IMG/VR virus record: IMGVR_UViG_3300030110_003594
Location: 32,001-96,000 of that record
DNA: 64,000 nucleotides
Direction: 5' to 3' (one strand)
Source of the DNA: a virus
Each line of letters starts with the position of its first letter. The first letter of the stretch is position 1. The position numbers were made by a program, and so were the translations under genes. Below, piece by piece: positions 11,071 to 20,708 of this stretch. Below the pieces are notes generated by a model. That model did not search any database. It had not been told where the DNA came from and worked only from the letters and a program-made list of their open reading frames with translations.

Positions 11071-14000
11071 TTAATTTCCAAACCAATTTCTTAATTCTCC
11101 TCCTTTTTTTAATATTCTGCTCTTTCTATTTGTTTCTCTTCCCCATCTTGCTGTCTTACCTCCTGGGTAACCACTTGCTATAATAGGTGCATTTTGCTGT
11201 GCAAATGTTGTATTGCTTTTACTAGTGTTAGGTATATTATACATTGGTAATCTATCCCACTGATCTTCAGGAAGTATCTTCTTAAGCTCAGTTATAGTAT
11301 TTTTATAATCCTCTAAAGATGTTTTAGGATCTTTATAGTTAGGATCTGCATAAAAAGCTTTAGGATCTGTAATATTAATCATACCTCCTGTAGAAGGATC
11401 AATATCAAACTGAGGATAAATACTATTTAGATTAGCAGTGTTTGCTCTATTAGTATAAGCAGCTTGTAACTGTGTTGTAATAGCAGCATTAGCTTTTCTA
11501 AGTGAATTATCATAGTTCTCCTCTGTTAATACAGTATTATCATATAATTGTTTTAACTCATTATTATTTAATACTTGAGTTTTATACTGTAATTCTGCAT
11601 TTTTAACTTTAATATCATTTGCTGTTTTAATATTATTAGTATGAACTTTATTCACTGCATCAGCAATTTGTGTTGCTGCTTTACCTTGTGCTGCAAGTGC
11701 TGCAGTAATACCTCTTTTACTTCCACCAAATGCTCCAGCTGCATCAGCTACTATTGAAGCTTGCTCACCTATTGCAGCAATTTCTCTAGTAGGATCATCA
11801 AATGTTGCATCAATTTGAATTTGATCATATTGAGGTGCCCATGGATAACGTTTCTTTAAACTCATTTTAGCATCCATTGCATTAGCTAATCCAAGTTCAT
11901 CTTGTAACCAGAAAGGTGTATCTTTTTTTGTTGGTGGTGGTATTTTTGTTGGTGGTATTGGTTTATCACATTTACAACTGTTAGCTGGATCCTCTTCATT
12001 GTATGGTGTCCATGTACCTCCTACCTCTACACATGCAGCTTCCATTCCTTCTGCATTTGCACATGGTGTTCCAGGAGTTTCTTCAAATTGTGACTCATAC
12101 TGTTGATTAGTTGTATTACCAAAAAAACCATCAGCTGGTGATATATTCATAGTAACTGGTTTACCATTTATATCTAAAAATTGTGTAGTCTGATCAGCAA
12201 CACCAGTTTGCATAAATTCATCATAAGATTCTTCATTCAATACTAATGCTTGTCCACCAACATAGCCTGCTTGTACATGTTTTATTTGATCTTGAGTTAA
12301 TGGTGGTAATTCTTCATTATCTGCAAAATACTTATTATACATAAAGTTAGCATCTTGTTCTTTTCCATCTTTCTTCCAAAATTTACCATCAATCTCTCTA
12401 CATCCACTTTCACCTTTTGTACATGGTACATAATTATATAATCTATCCCATGATGGGTGACTTAATTCTTCTTGAGATAAATTGTTTTTTAAATAATCAT
12501 TTTGTTTTTGGTATCTAGCATATAATTCATGATATTCATCTTCTGCTAGTGGTGTAAGTCCTTTAGTCTTTGCATAATCTGAATAAGCTCTATATCTATC
12601 AGCTCTATAACTTTCTTGATCATCTGATAAATATCTATCTGACCAAACTGAGGTTCCTCCTTGATATGTTGAAGATGTACCTTCTGTATCTTCACGTGAT
12701 ACATTAATGTTTTCTATTTTTTGATCTATAGTTTCTGTATCTATACCAAGAATAGTTTTAGCTAATTGTATTTTTACAGGATCTCCACTCTTAAGCATTT
12801 TTTCTAACTGCTTTATTTTATATGTTTTACCTTCAAACTCTATACTCTTACCTCTTTTAGCTAATGGTAATTCATCATCTACTTGATTAAAGAAATCTTG
12901 AAGATAATTTTCACCACCCATATTCATATTAATATTACTTCCACTTATAGTTCCAATTTCTGGACTGACTTCTTGTTCTAGTACTGGAGAATTTGATAAC
13001 TCAAACTTCATTTTTAATATTTCATTTTGATACCTTAATATAAGACTTTGAATATGCATTCTTGCATCTTCTGACATTTCTGGTGAAAGCATTTGTTGGT
13101 GCATTGCATTTATTTTCATTTCTGCTTGCAAAATATATTGTTTAAGAGCTTCTTTTTTGCTTAAATTTTTTGTTTCACCTTGAGGAGATACTGGAGTTCC
13201 TCCTTTTTGGAATGCCCATTGAGCTCCTACATAATATGGATTTTCTGTATTTGAATAATCTAACGGTAGTCCTACAGCTTGTCCTGGTGTAGTTGGTTGA
13301 TCTGAAGAAGTATTATCTGAATCAGGAGTTCTAAGAACATAGCCAGGTCTACCTTTTGGATCAGGATCTCCTTCATTAGGTTGATCTTGATTATCTATAT
13401 TATAAATATTTGTCATACTATTATCTGAATCTGAATCTCCATAAGTAGGTTCTTTACCATATACGTTTTTATAAGCTTCTGAATAGTTAGCATCATAACT
13501 AGATGGAGCTGGTCCACCTTTTCTAATATGATCTTCCCATATTTCAACTTTATTAGAATCTACATTACCTGTAACATTAAACATATTCATTTGTTGTTGT
13601 ATACTTGGAATATTTGATAATGTCTTATTAAATTGATCTATATTAGCTTGATAAGCTTTATTATATTGCTCTATTAATTGAGCATTTTGTGATGTTAATA
13701 CTTCAATTATTTGTTCAGAATTTAATACACTAGGATCATTATTTTCTCCTGGATTTCCTGTTTCTACTTCTGGAGCATGTAGTAATTCATCATCATATAA
13801 AGGTAGATTATAATTACTTGGATGTACATATAAATTATCTAAAGGTTGTACATATATACTATCCATATTAAAATTATAACTTGGTATACTATCATTATAT
13901 AAACCATTTTGAGCTTTAGGTAAAGGTTGTCCACCGTTTCTCATTTCATCTTTATGTAGATAACCCATTTCTTTCATACGTAAATGATCTTCATACTTTT

Positions 14001-16425
14001 CAGCCATATAACCTTTTTTAGTTTCTGGATCATACATCATGTGTGGTTCAAATTCTTCTCCTCCTTTTTTCCACAATCCTGTATATTCACCAAGTGCGCC
14101 AATACCATATCCAACATTTTGAAATACACTTGCTACAGGATTAGCTGCTGCCATTGCTTGCAGTTGTTGTCTATTCTTTGCATCAGGATCACTTAAAGTA
14201 TGTTCAGTAAATGAGCTATGATCACCCATAAATAAACCTGTTGGATTCCATTTACTTACTAAACTATCGTATGTATTTCCAACTACATAGTCAGGTTTAA
14301 CATTAGTATCTAATTCTACAGTGGGTGGAATATAAACACCTGTAGTATCTGCTTCATGTACAAATTGATTTTCTGGTATACTTACATTTTCTATACCATC
14401 ATCTGCTTTATATAGATTTCCACCATATTTTTTATTTAAGCCAATTGTATTACCTATTTTATTTACTGCATATCTTAAAGGTGCATAATCTAACCAAGGA
14501 TTTTCTTTATAAATAATATTGTTTAAAAACTCATCTCTAGTGATACCAGCTTTGTTCATTATTTTATTAATATCATTTATATTAACATTATGTTTTTTTA
14601 ATTTATTTTTTGCAAGACTACCTGTTGCAAGATCATAAAGCTCACTTGCACCAAAGTCTTTAAATGAAGGTACTAAACTATTCATAACGTTATCATAGTT
14701 TTCCCATAATTGATATTTATGCCAATCAGAAATACCCTCTAAATTATGCCAATTTTTATTTAACATATTTTTAGGAAGATAGCTTAAACTTTTTATTTTC
14801 TTTACTGTTTTTTCATCTAAGCCTTCAAATACATTTTTCTTTTTCTTTTTGTTTCCTCCTCCTGTTTTTCTAATAGGTATTCCAAGACCTACACTAAATT
14901 GTGGACTTTGATTAGCAATATCATATCCGCCAGTAAGATTAAGATTCCCAATATTAAAATAACCACCTAATGTATTACTTTGATCTCCCATAAGTGGATG
15001 TGTATAATATGCACCTAATCCATATTGCATTGGATTTCCTCTTCTTCCTCTTAAATAATTTTTATAACTATGAGCATCTCCAATTTCACCTGTGTATCCT
15101 AAAGTTGCAACAAGATTTGCAAAAGGATCAATTGTATTAAGATCTTGACCTTGATTAACTGAAGTCATTCTACCACCTATATTTCCACCAAAATAACCTT
15201 TTAATCCTCCCATACCATGAGAAGGATTAAATGTATAACCACTAGTAAGTCTAGCTGATCCAGTATATTCATCATCTAACATACCTGCTGACATTCCAAA
15301 TCCAAGACCAAAATCGTGCATAGGATCATATTCTCTTTGTCTACAATTTGCAAAACATCTACCTTCTGCATCAACTATTGGAGCATGTGCAGTAAATTCT
15401 TTCATACCTTTACTTTCCACTCCATCTTGTGCTTTGTATAAATTAGATATTTGACCCCCACGTCTTGCCATTGCTGGTTGTTGCATTGGAGGTTGAGGTG
15501 GCATCATACCTGGAGGAGGACCCATAGGTGGCATTCCACCTTGTTGAGGTGGCCCCATTGGAGGCATACCTCCCTGTGGTGACATTCCTTGTGACATTTC
15601 AGCACCAACTGTTCCACCTTCACTTGGTGGTATCATACCTGATTGTTGTGCATCTTGTTGTGCCATAGCTGCTTGTTGTTGCATAGCCATTTCAGCTTTC
15701 ATTTTTAATATCTGCATTTGACTTTCAAAAGGTAACTGTGTCATCATTTGTTGTTCTGCTTCTTGCTGACTAATATCTTGTATTTGTTGAGAGAACTCTA
15801 TTGGATTAATACCCTTTTCTTGAAGATATGGATAAGCTGCTAAAGGTACACCATCTTCAAATCTTTTTTTAGCTTCTTGTAAAAATGCTAATTGAGATAA
15901 TGATTTCTTATTTTTAGTTAACATATATTCAGCTGTATCTCTTGTTATATTGTCAGAATGTTCATCATCTAATAAACCTATAAAATTATTTAATTGATAA
16001 CCTTTAGATACTTTTGCTGGAGTTATTTTCTTTTTAGAATTAATACCCATTTCAGCTAATTCATATCTATCAAGTTTCATACTAGAAGTATCTGAATATA
16101 TAAAAGATTGTGGTGGTAAATTTAACGGGGTACCACCTTTATGATGTCTATTTCCTCCTATATCATATAGTTCAAAATCTCCATCATTATTCATGTCTGT
16201 TAATACTGTCTCACCTTTTTCTGCTTCAAGGTTTGCTTCTTCTCTAGGTACAGGAGCTAATGAGTAATTAACTGAACTAAATGGACTAGCAGCATTTGTA
16301 GAATCCAATGAAGGAACTCCTACTAAACCATAGTTGAATTGATCACCTGTTGTACCCCCGTCCTGGTACACCTTTCCATTTTGCATGGAAAAGCCTTTTG
16401 GTAAACTTTTTATTCTTACTTTCAT
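11071..16425 (-). CDS. Modular virion cargo-like protein (1784 aa) with repeated GG motifs
   Basis: N-terminal ANLEAEKGE...GNRHHKGG...FIYSD segment resembles crAss-like cargo proteins. It also has a Q/P/M low-complexity tract, about 10 xxGG motifs and a helical C-terminus. Confidence 0.65.
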   Translation of the reverse strand: MKVRIKSLPKGFSMQNGKVYQDGGTTGDQFNYGLVGVPSLDSTNAASPFSSVNYSLAPVPREEANLEAEKGETVLTDMNNDGDFELYDIGGNRHHKGGTPLNLPPQSFIYSDTSSMKLDRYELAEMGINSKKKITPAKVSKGYQLNNFIGLLDDEHSDNITRDTAEYMLTKNKKSLSQLAFLQEAKKRFEDGVPLAAYPYLQEKGINPIEFSQQIQDISQQEAEQQMMTQLPFESQMQILKMKAEMAMQQQAAMAQQDAQQSGMIPPSEGGTVGAEMSQGMSPQGGMPPMGPPQQGGMPPMGPPPGMMPPQPPMQQPAMARRGGQISNLYKAQDGVESKGMKEFTAHAPIVDAEGRCFANCRQREYDPMHDFGLGFGMSAGMLDDEYTGSARLTSGYTFNPSHGMGGLKGYFGGNIGGRMTSVNQGQDLNTIDPFANLVATLGYTGEIGDAHSYKNYLRGRRGNPMQYGLGAYYTHPLMGDQSNTLGGYFNIGNLNLTGGYDIANQSPQFSVGLGIPIRKTGGGNKKKKKNVFEGLDEKTVKKIKSLSYLPKNMLNKNWHNLEGISDWHKYQLWENYDNVMNSLVPSFKDFGASELYDLATGSLAKNKLKKHNVNINDINKIMNKAGITRDEFLNNIIYKENPWLDYAPLRYAVNKIGNTIGLNKKYGGNLYKADDGIENVSIPENQFVHEADTTGVYIPPTVELDTNVKPDYVVGNTYDSLVSKWNPTGLFMGDHSSFTEHTLSDPDAKNRQQLQAMAAANPVASVFQNVGYGIGALGEYTGLWKKGGEEFEPHMMYDPETKKGYMAEKYEDHLRMKEMGYLHKDEMRNGGQPLPKAQNGLYNDSIPSYNFNMDSIYVQPLDNLYVHPSNYNLPLYDDELLHAPEVETGNPGENNDPSVLNSEQIIEVLTSQNAQLIEQYNKAYQANIDQFNKTLSNIPSIQQQMNMFNVTGNVDSNKVEIWEDHIRKGGPAPSSYDANYSEAYKNVYGKEPTYGDSDSDNSMTNIYNIDNQDQPNEGDPDPKGRPGYVLRTPDSDNTSSDQPTTPGQAVGLPLDYSNTENPYYVGAQWAFQKGGTPVSPQGETKNLSKKEALKQYILQAEMKINAMHQQMLSPEMSEDARMHIQSLILRYQNEILKMKFELSNSPVLEQEVSPEIGTISGSNINMNMGGENYLQDFFNQVDDELPLAKRGKSIEFEGKTYKIKQLEKMLKSGDPVKIQLAKTILGIDTETIDQKIENINVSREDTEGTSSTYQGGTSVWSDRYLSDDQESYRADRYRAYSDYAKTKGLTPLAEDEYHELYARYQKQNDYLKNNLSQEELSHPSWDRLYNYVPCTKGESGCREIDGKFWKKDGKEQDANFMYNKYFADNEELPPLTQDQIKHVQAGYVGGQALVLNEESYDEFMQTGVADQTTQFLDINGKPVTMNISPADGFFGNTTNQQYESQFEETPGTPCANAEGMEAACVEVGGTWTPYNEEDPANSCKCDKPIPPTKIPPPTKKDTPFWLQDELGLANAMDAKMSLKKRYPWAPQYDQIQIDATFDDPTREIAAIGEQASIVADAAGAFGGSKRGITAALAAQGKAATQIADAVNKVHTNNIKTANDIKVKNAELQYKTQVLNNNELKQLYDNTVLTEENYDNSLRKANAAITTQLQAAYTNRANTANLNSIYPQFDIDPSTGGMINITDPKAFYADPNYKDPKTSLEDYKNTITELKKILPEDQWDRLPMYNIPNTSKSNTTFAQQNAPIIASGYPGGKTARWGRETNRKSRILKKGGELRNWFGN

Positions 16426-16428
16426 AAT

Positions 16429-19400
16429 TTATAATATTTCTATTTGTGCCCCTGCGGCTATTAATTGTTTATATGTATTCATATCTATTTCCATTTCTCC
16501 TCCGTCATTAAAAAATGATCCTCCATATTTAGTCATTGTTGTACCATCAACTACTTTGTCATCTGGTCTAAATATTCCTGTGTTTACATCATAATCACCT
16601 TTCATTCCTGTTATATCTGCATCTCTTGCTGCAAACATATTATCTGATAGATAAGCATTTTGCATCATTGTTTCTTTTCTTTCAGCTTCTTCTCTAGCTT
16701 CAAGAATTCTATTAAGAGGTTTACCTATTCTAACTATACCTTGTCCTATCTTACTATATGTTTGTCCTACCTTACTATCTAAAGCTCTATTTTTAAGATT
16801 CCAAAGTTTATCTCCAAAAGACATACTTGAATCTTTATTATCTTTGTTCAATTGTCTTTCTCTTAACTTTCTTCTCATTTCCTCTTGATCTTGTTCTTCT
16901 TGCCAATCTAAATATTCATTTCTATCATCAAATCCTAATTCTTGTGATTTCTCTAATTCTTTAACATGTTTTCTTTTTCCTTGATATTTAGGTATATTAT
17001 CCATATAATCACTTATTTCAGATTTAGTTTCTCTACTACTTTTTCTGATGTCTGCCATTTTATTTCTCATATATTTATCAGGATCAGTTCTCATTAATCT
17101 ATGATCCATCATGTCTGATCTAAGATCAAAATCTCTTTGTAAATTAGGATCTATATTTATTTCTGGAACATCAAAAGGACTTGTTTGTGTTTCAATTAAA
17201 GATGGATTCTGTATTTTGTCATTCATATCTGCAGTAAATGCATTCCATTCATCCATAGATCTATTGACAGATTGATTATAAGCAAACATTCTATCACTTG
17301 AGTTAAAGAATGGCTCCGTCTTTTCTTGAGGAGTTGTTTGATTATCAAACATATCCATACTAATAGGTGTTGAATATAAATCTGTATTAATATTAAAAGG
17401 ATCAATTTGATTAGTATGTGGATTATATCCTGTATTATAATTATCAATACCAAAAGGAGAACCTGCAAATTGAAATTTAGGTAACTCACCACCTTTATCA
17501 AACCCCCAATAGTTTGCAATATTAGACCAAGTTTTTTTCTTAAAAGGATTTTGCCATTCAAAATCATCAAGTGTTTCACTAACTGGTTTTGTTACATTTT
17601 CATATAGATAATCATTTGTATCCTCAATAGCATCAGATACAGGTACTGTAACGTTATCATACAAATAGTCATTTACATCTGAAAACGTTTCAACTGTTTT
17701 ATCTATTCCATCTGATATAAGGTTTTTAGTCATTTCAATATTTTGCGCTTGCAAAACTCTAAAAGGTTTCATACTACTATGTATTTCTAAACCCTTTTCT
17801 ATTACATCTTTCATAGATAATCCAAGCCATGAATTATCACCAGCAGAAAGTACTGGTAGTACATTTTTATAAAGATTCTCCATCTCTTTAAAATTACCTT
17901 CACCATCTAATACATTTTGTATACTTCTTCTTTCTCCTGTTTGTTTTATTCTTGGAATGTCATCTTGTGTTAAAAGATAATCCATTAACAATGTTGGATC
18001 TGTCATATTTAAAACATTAAACTGTCCATCATTCATATCATCATCTATATCTAAAGCTTTACATACACCATCAGCACAATTACTATCATAGAAATCATAT
18101 TCTGCTGGATCTGTTCTAGGATCAACACTTACAGGAAGAGTTCTACTAGGCCATCCAATATCATATTCTTTACCCATAAAATCAAAGGTAGTCCCAAGTC
18201 TCTGATTTGTACCTGGCTTAAATGTTTGTGCTGTTTTCATAAAGTGATTAAGCTGATCTAATGTAAGTTCTAAATCAACTTCTCTAACACCTCTTTCATA
18301 ATCACCATCAGTATAGTCAGTAAGTGGATTATATTCTTGATCTGCTTCTACCCATCTATTAACATATCCTTTGTGTACAAATTTACCATCTTCTTTTTTA
18401 TTCCAGTTATTAGGAAGATTTTCTTGATCTAGAACAAATGCTTCTATATGTCCTGGAGGCATTCCTCCTACTCCATCCCAACGGTCAGATCCACCTTCAT
18501 ATCCATAAGGATATTGTCTTACTCTAACTGTATATGTTTTTTCTTCTGATCCATAACCACCAAAAGGTTCATAACCATCATCAACACCAGTGGTTGGAAT
18601 TTGGTATCCAGTTTGTGCTTTAGGTAATTCTCCACCTTGTTTTCTACTTAAGTATCCAATATTTAAAGTAGGTAGATTTTTATCTTCCCACCAATTTTTT
18701 ACATTTCTTCCTATTCTAGTTCTATCTCCTAAAAAGTTAAGACCATAATTAATTGCTCCTGTGTATAAACCATCTTTAACACCCTGCTTAACATTTTGCC
18801 AATATGCATCAGCTAAATCACCTTTTTGCAAAACATTATTTTTATTCATAACAATGTCTTTACCAAAGAGATTATCATCCGTACCTCTAAACCATGCAAA
18901 ATTAGGTTCAGAGTGTCCATCTAAAAGTTGTAATCTTTGTTCTTCCCAAGAAGGACAATTTCCTGTTGTACACATTTTGTCATACCAATCAGTTCCTCGT
19001 TGATCTATATAATCCTCATATGCGTTTCTATAATTTTTTCTATTAGTTATTCCTGTATTAAGACCTCTTGTAAGCATACTACCAAGACCAACAGTTCCTG
19101 CTAACTTTAAAGATTGTTCAAGATTAGATCTACCATCTCTTGAATTAACATAATTACCAAGTCCAAATTGTGCTTTAGGTATTGACCCTCCATATCTTTC
19201 ATCATTTCCTGGTCCTAAAATATCATCAATTTCTTCAGGACTCATTCCTCTGGCTAACATAGCTTCTCTTGTCATAGCATTTTCTGGATTTTCTAAGTCT
19301 TCTATATTTTGTGAAACTCCTGTAACAGGTTTACTATATGTTCCATCTGGTCCTACATTAGATATTATATTAGGATTTAAATTATAAGGTACTCCTGAAT

Positions 19401-20649
19401 TAGCAGCATGTTTAGGACTATTTAAATATTCTTGACTATAGTTATAATTATCTGGATTGTTAGGATCAAATGGAATTCCTGAAAACCCTGTTTCAAAATC
19501 TTGTTGATTATATTTTGTAGGATCATCTGGATTTTGTGTTAAATAATCAAAGGCTGAGGAATAATTACCCTCATCATCTACTGTCCATCCTATATGTGTT
19601 GCTCCTTGTTCTCTATATTTATTTTCTAGAATATCTCCTTCAAAACCTTCATGCTTCCTATTAAAAAGACCTTTTCTATAATCAAGATGTCCTGTCTCTC
19701 TAAATAGATCAATATCAAAATCTTTTACTTTAGAATATTTTTCTGGATTTCTTCTATGCCTTTCATCAAGATAATTTTGATAATATTTTTCCTCCATTTG
19801 TTCTTTATCTTTTAAAAACTTACCTGACTTATGAGGTGTTTTAAAAAATTGTTCTGGATCAAAATATAAATCTTCATCAGTTGTATTTGTAAAACCAGCT
19901 TTCATATAATCCCATTTACTACCTGGATCATAATAATTTTCTTTCTTAAAACTTTTTGCTGTTGTATCTATTGCTTTTATTAAATCAAACAATCCTGTAT
20001 CACCTACACCTGATAATAAATTTGCTTCTTCTGGAGATCTAAATTCTTCATCATAGTATACAGCATTTGTTCCTTCTTCTACTTCTTTGTTAGCATTATC
20101 TATTTCACTATCATCATCCTTATCATCATCTTTTGTAGTATTATCTGAAGTTATTGCTTCTGGATATGCTGCATTTAATTTATCTGTTGCTTCTTTATTT
20201 TCTGCTAAACTAATCCATTCTCCTGTTGATCCTTTTTTTCTTGTATACCAAACACCATCAATTATTTTATAGTCATATGCATCATCATGATCAGCATATA
20301 CTCCATCATTTGTTTCAGTGTTTTTCTTTGAAATATTAACAACATTATTAGAAGTGGTAGAACTAGTAGTACTATTGTTAGTAGTAGTATTATTATTATT
20401 ATTATCAACTTCTGTATTAGCAGGGCCAGGACCTGTACCATCAGTATCAGGACCAGTATTACTTTGCCATGCACCACCTTGATATATGTGTTTAGTGTGC
20501 ACACCATTAGCATCTATTTTAAAGTAAACTCCATCTTTACTTATTGTAGATGGATCAACTTGTTGACCTAGTATATTTATCCAGTGCTCACCACCATGTT
20601 CATATGATGGATTAAAACCTTTAATATGTGGATTATTATATAAAAACAT
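16429..20649 (-). CDS. Modular protein (1406 aa) with GG-LPKAQ repeats and a permuted papain-fold (NlpC/P60-like) His...Cys domain
   Basis: Motifs RYGGSIPKAQFG, KQGGELPKAQTG, DKGGELPKFQFAG. GHIEAF (H734) precedes YDFYDSNCADGVCKAL (C858). Confidence 0.6.
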   Translation of the reverse strand: MFLYNNPHIKGFNPSYEHGGEHWINILGQQVDPSTISKDGVYFKIDANGVHTKHIYQGGAWQSNTGPDTDGTGPGPANTEVDNNNNNTTTNNSTTSSTTSNNVVNISKKNTETNDGVYADHDDAYDYKIIDGVWYTRKKGSTGEWISLAENKEATDKLNAAYPEAITSDNTTKDDDKDDDSEIDNANKEVEEGTNAVYYDEEFRSPEEANLLSGVGDTGLFDLIKAIDTTAKSFKKENYYDPGSKWDYMKAGFTNTTDEDLYFDPEQFFKTPHKSGKFLKDKEQMEEKYYQNYLDERHRRNPEKYSKVKDFDIDLFRETGHLDYRKGLFNRKHEGFEGDILENKYREQGATHIGWTVDDEGNYSSAFDYLTQNPDDPTKYNQQDFETGFSGIPFDPNNPDNYNYSQEYLNSPKHAANSGVPYNLNPNIISNVGPDGTYSKPVTGVSQNIEDLENPENAMTREAMLARGMSPEEIDDILGPGNDERYGGSIPKAQFGLGNYVNSRDGRSNLEQSLKLAGTVGLGSMLTRGLNTGITNRKNYRNAYEDYIDQRGTDWYDKMCTTGNCPSWEEQRLQLLDGHSEPNFAWFRGTDDNLFGKDIVMNKNNVLQKGDLADAYWQNVKQGVKDGLYTGAINYGLNFLGDRTRIGRNVKNWWEDKNLPTLNIGYLSRKQGGELPKAQTGYQIPTTGVDDGYEPFGGYGSEEKTYTVRVRQYPYGYEGGSDRWDGVGGMPPGHIEAFVLDQENLPNNWNKKEDGKFVHKGYVNRWVEADQEYNPLTDYTDGDYERGVREVDLELTLDQLNHFMKTAQTFKPGTNQRLGTTFDFMGKEYDIGWPSRTLPVSVDPRTDPAEYDFYDSNCADGVCKALDIDDDMNDGQFNVLNMTDPTLLMDYLLTQDDIPRIKQTGERRSIQNVLDGEGNFKEMENLYKNVLPVLSAGDNSWLGLSMKDVIEKGLEIHSSMKPFRVLQAQNIEMTKNLISDGIDKTVETFSDVNDYLYDNVTVPVSDAIEDTNDYLYENVTKPVSETLDDFEWQNPFKKKTWSNIANYWGFDKGGELPKFQFAGSPFGIDNYNTGYNPHTNQIDPFNINTDLYSTPISMDMFDNQTTPQEKTEPFFNSSDRMFAYNQSVNRSMDEWNAFTADMNDKIQNPSLIETQTSPFDVPEINIDPNLQRDFDLRSDMMDHRLMRTDPDKYMRNKMADIRKSSRETKSEISDYMDNIPKYQGKRKHVKELEKSQELGFDDRNEYLDWQEEQDQEEMRRKLRERQLNKDNKDSSMSFGDKLWNLKNRALDSKVGQTYSKIGQGIVRIGKPLNRILEAREEAERKETMMQNAYLSDNMFAARDADITGMKGDYDVNTGIFRPDDKVVDGTTMTKYGGSFFNDGGEMEIDMNTYKQLIAAGAQIEIL

Positions 20650-20708
20650 TAAGTTACAGTTTACTTTATTAATATACTAAATATTCATGAGATTTACTAA
20701 TGATTCGG

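Noticed and set aside
19708-19722. DFDID in the 1406-aa protein, matching the crAss-like virion RNAP catalytic motif
   Set aside because: The context (KVKDFDIDLF) lacks the surrounding double-psi barrel motifs and sits in a short variable module, so it is probably coincidental.
20341-20406. TTA/TAG microsatellite-like tract as a phase-variation site
   Set aside because: The trinucleotide units encode an in-frame N/T/S linker, so slippage would not change the frame.
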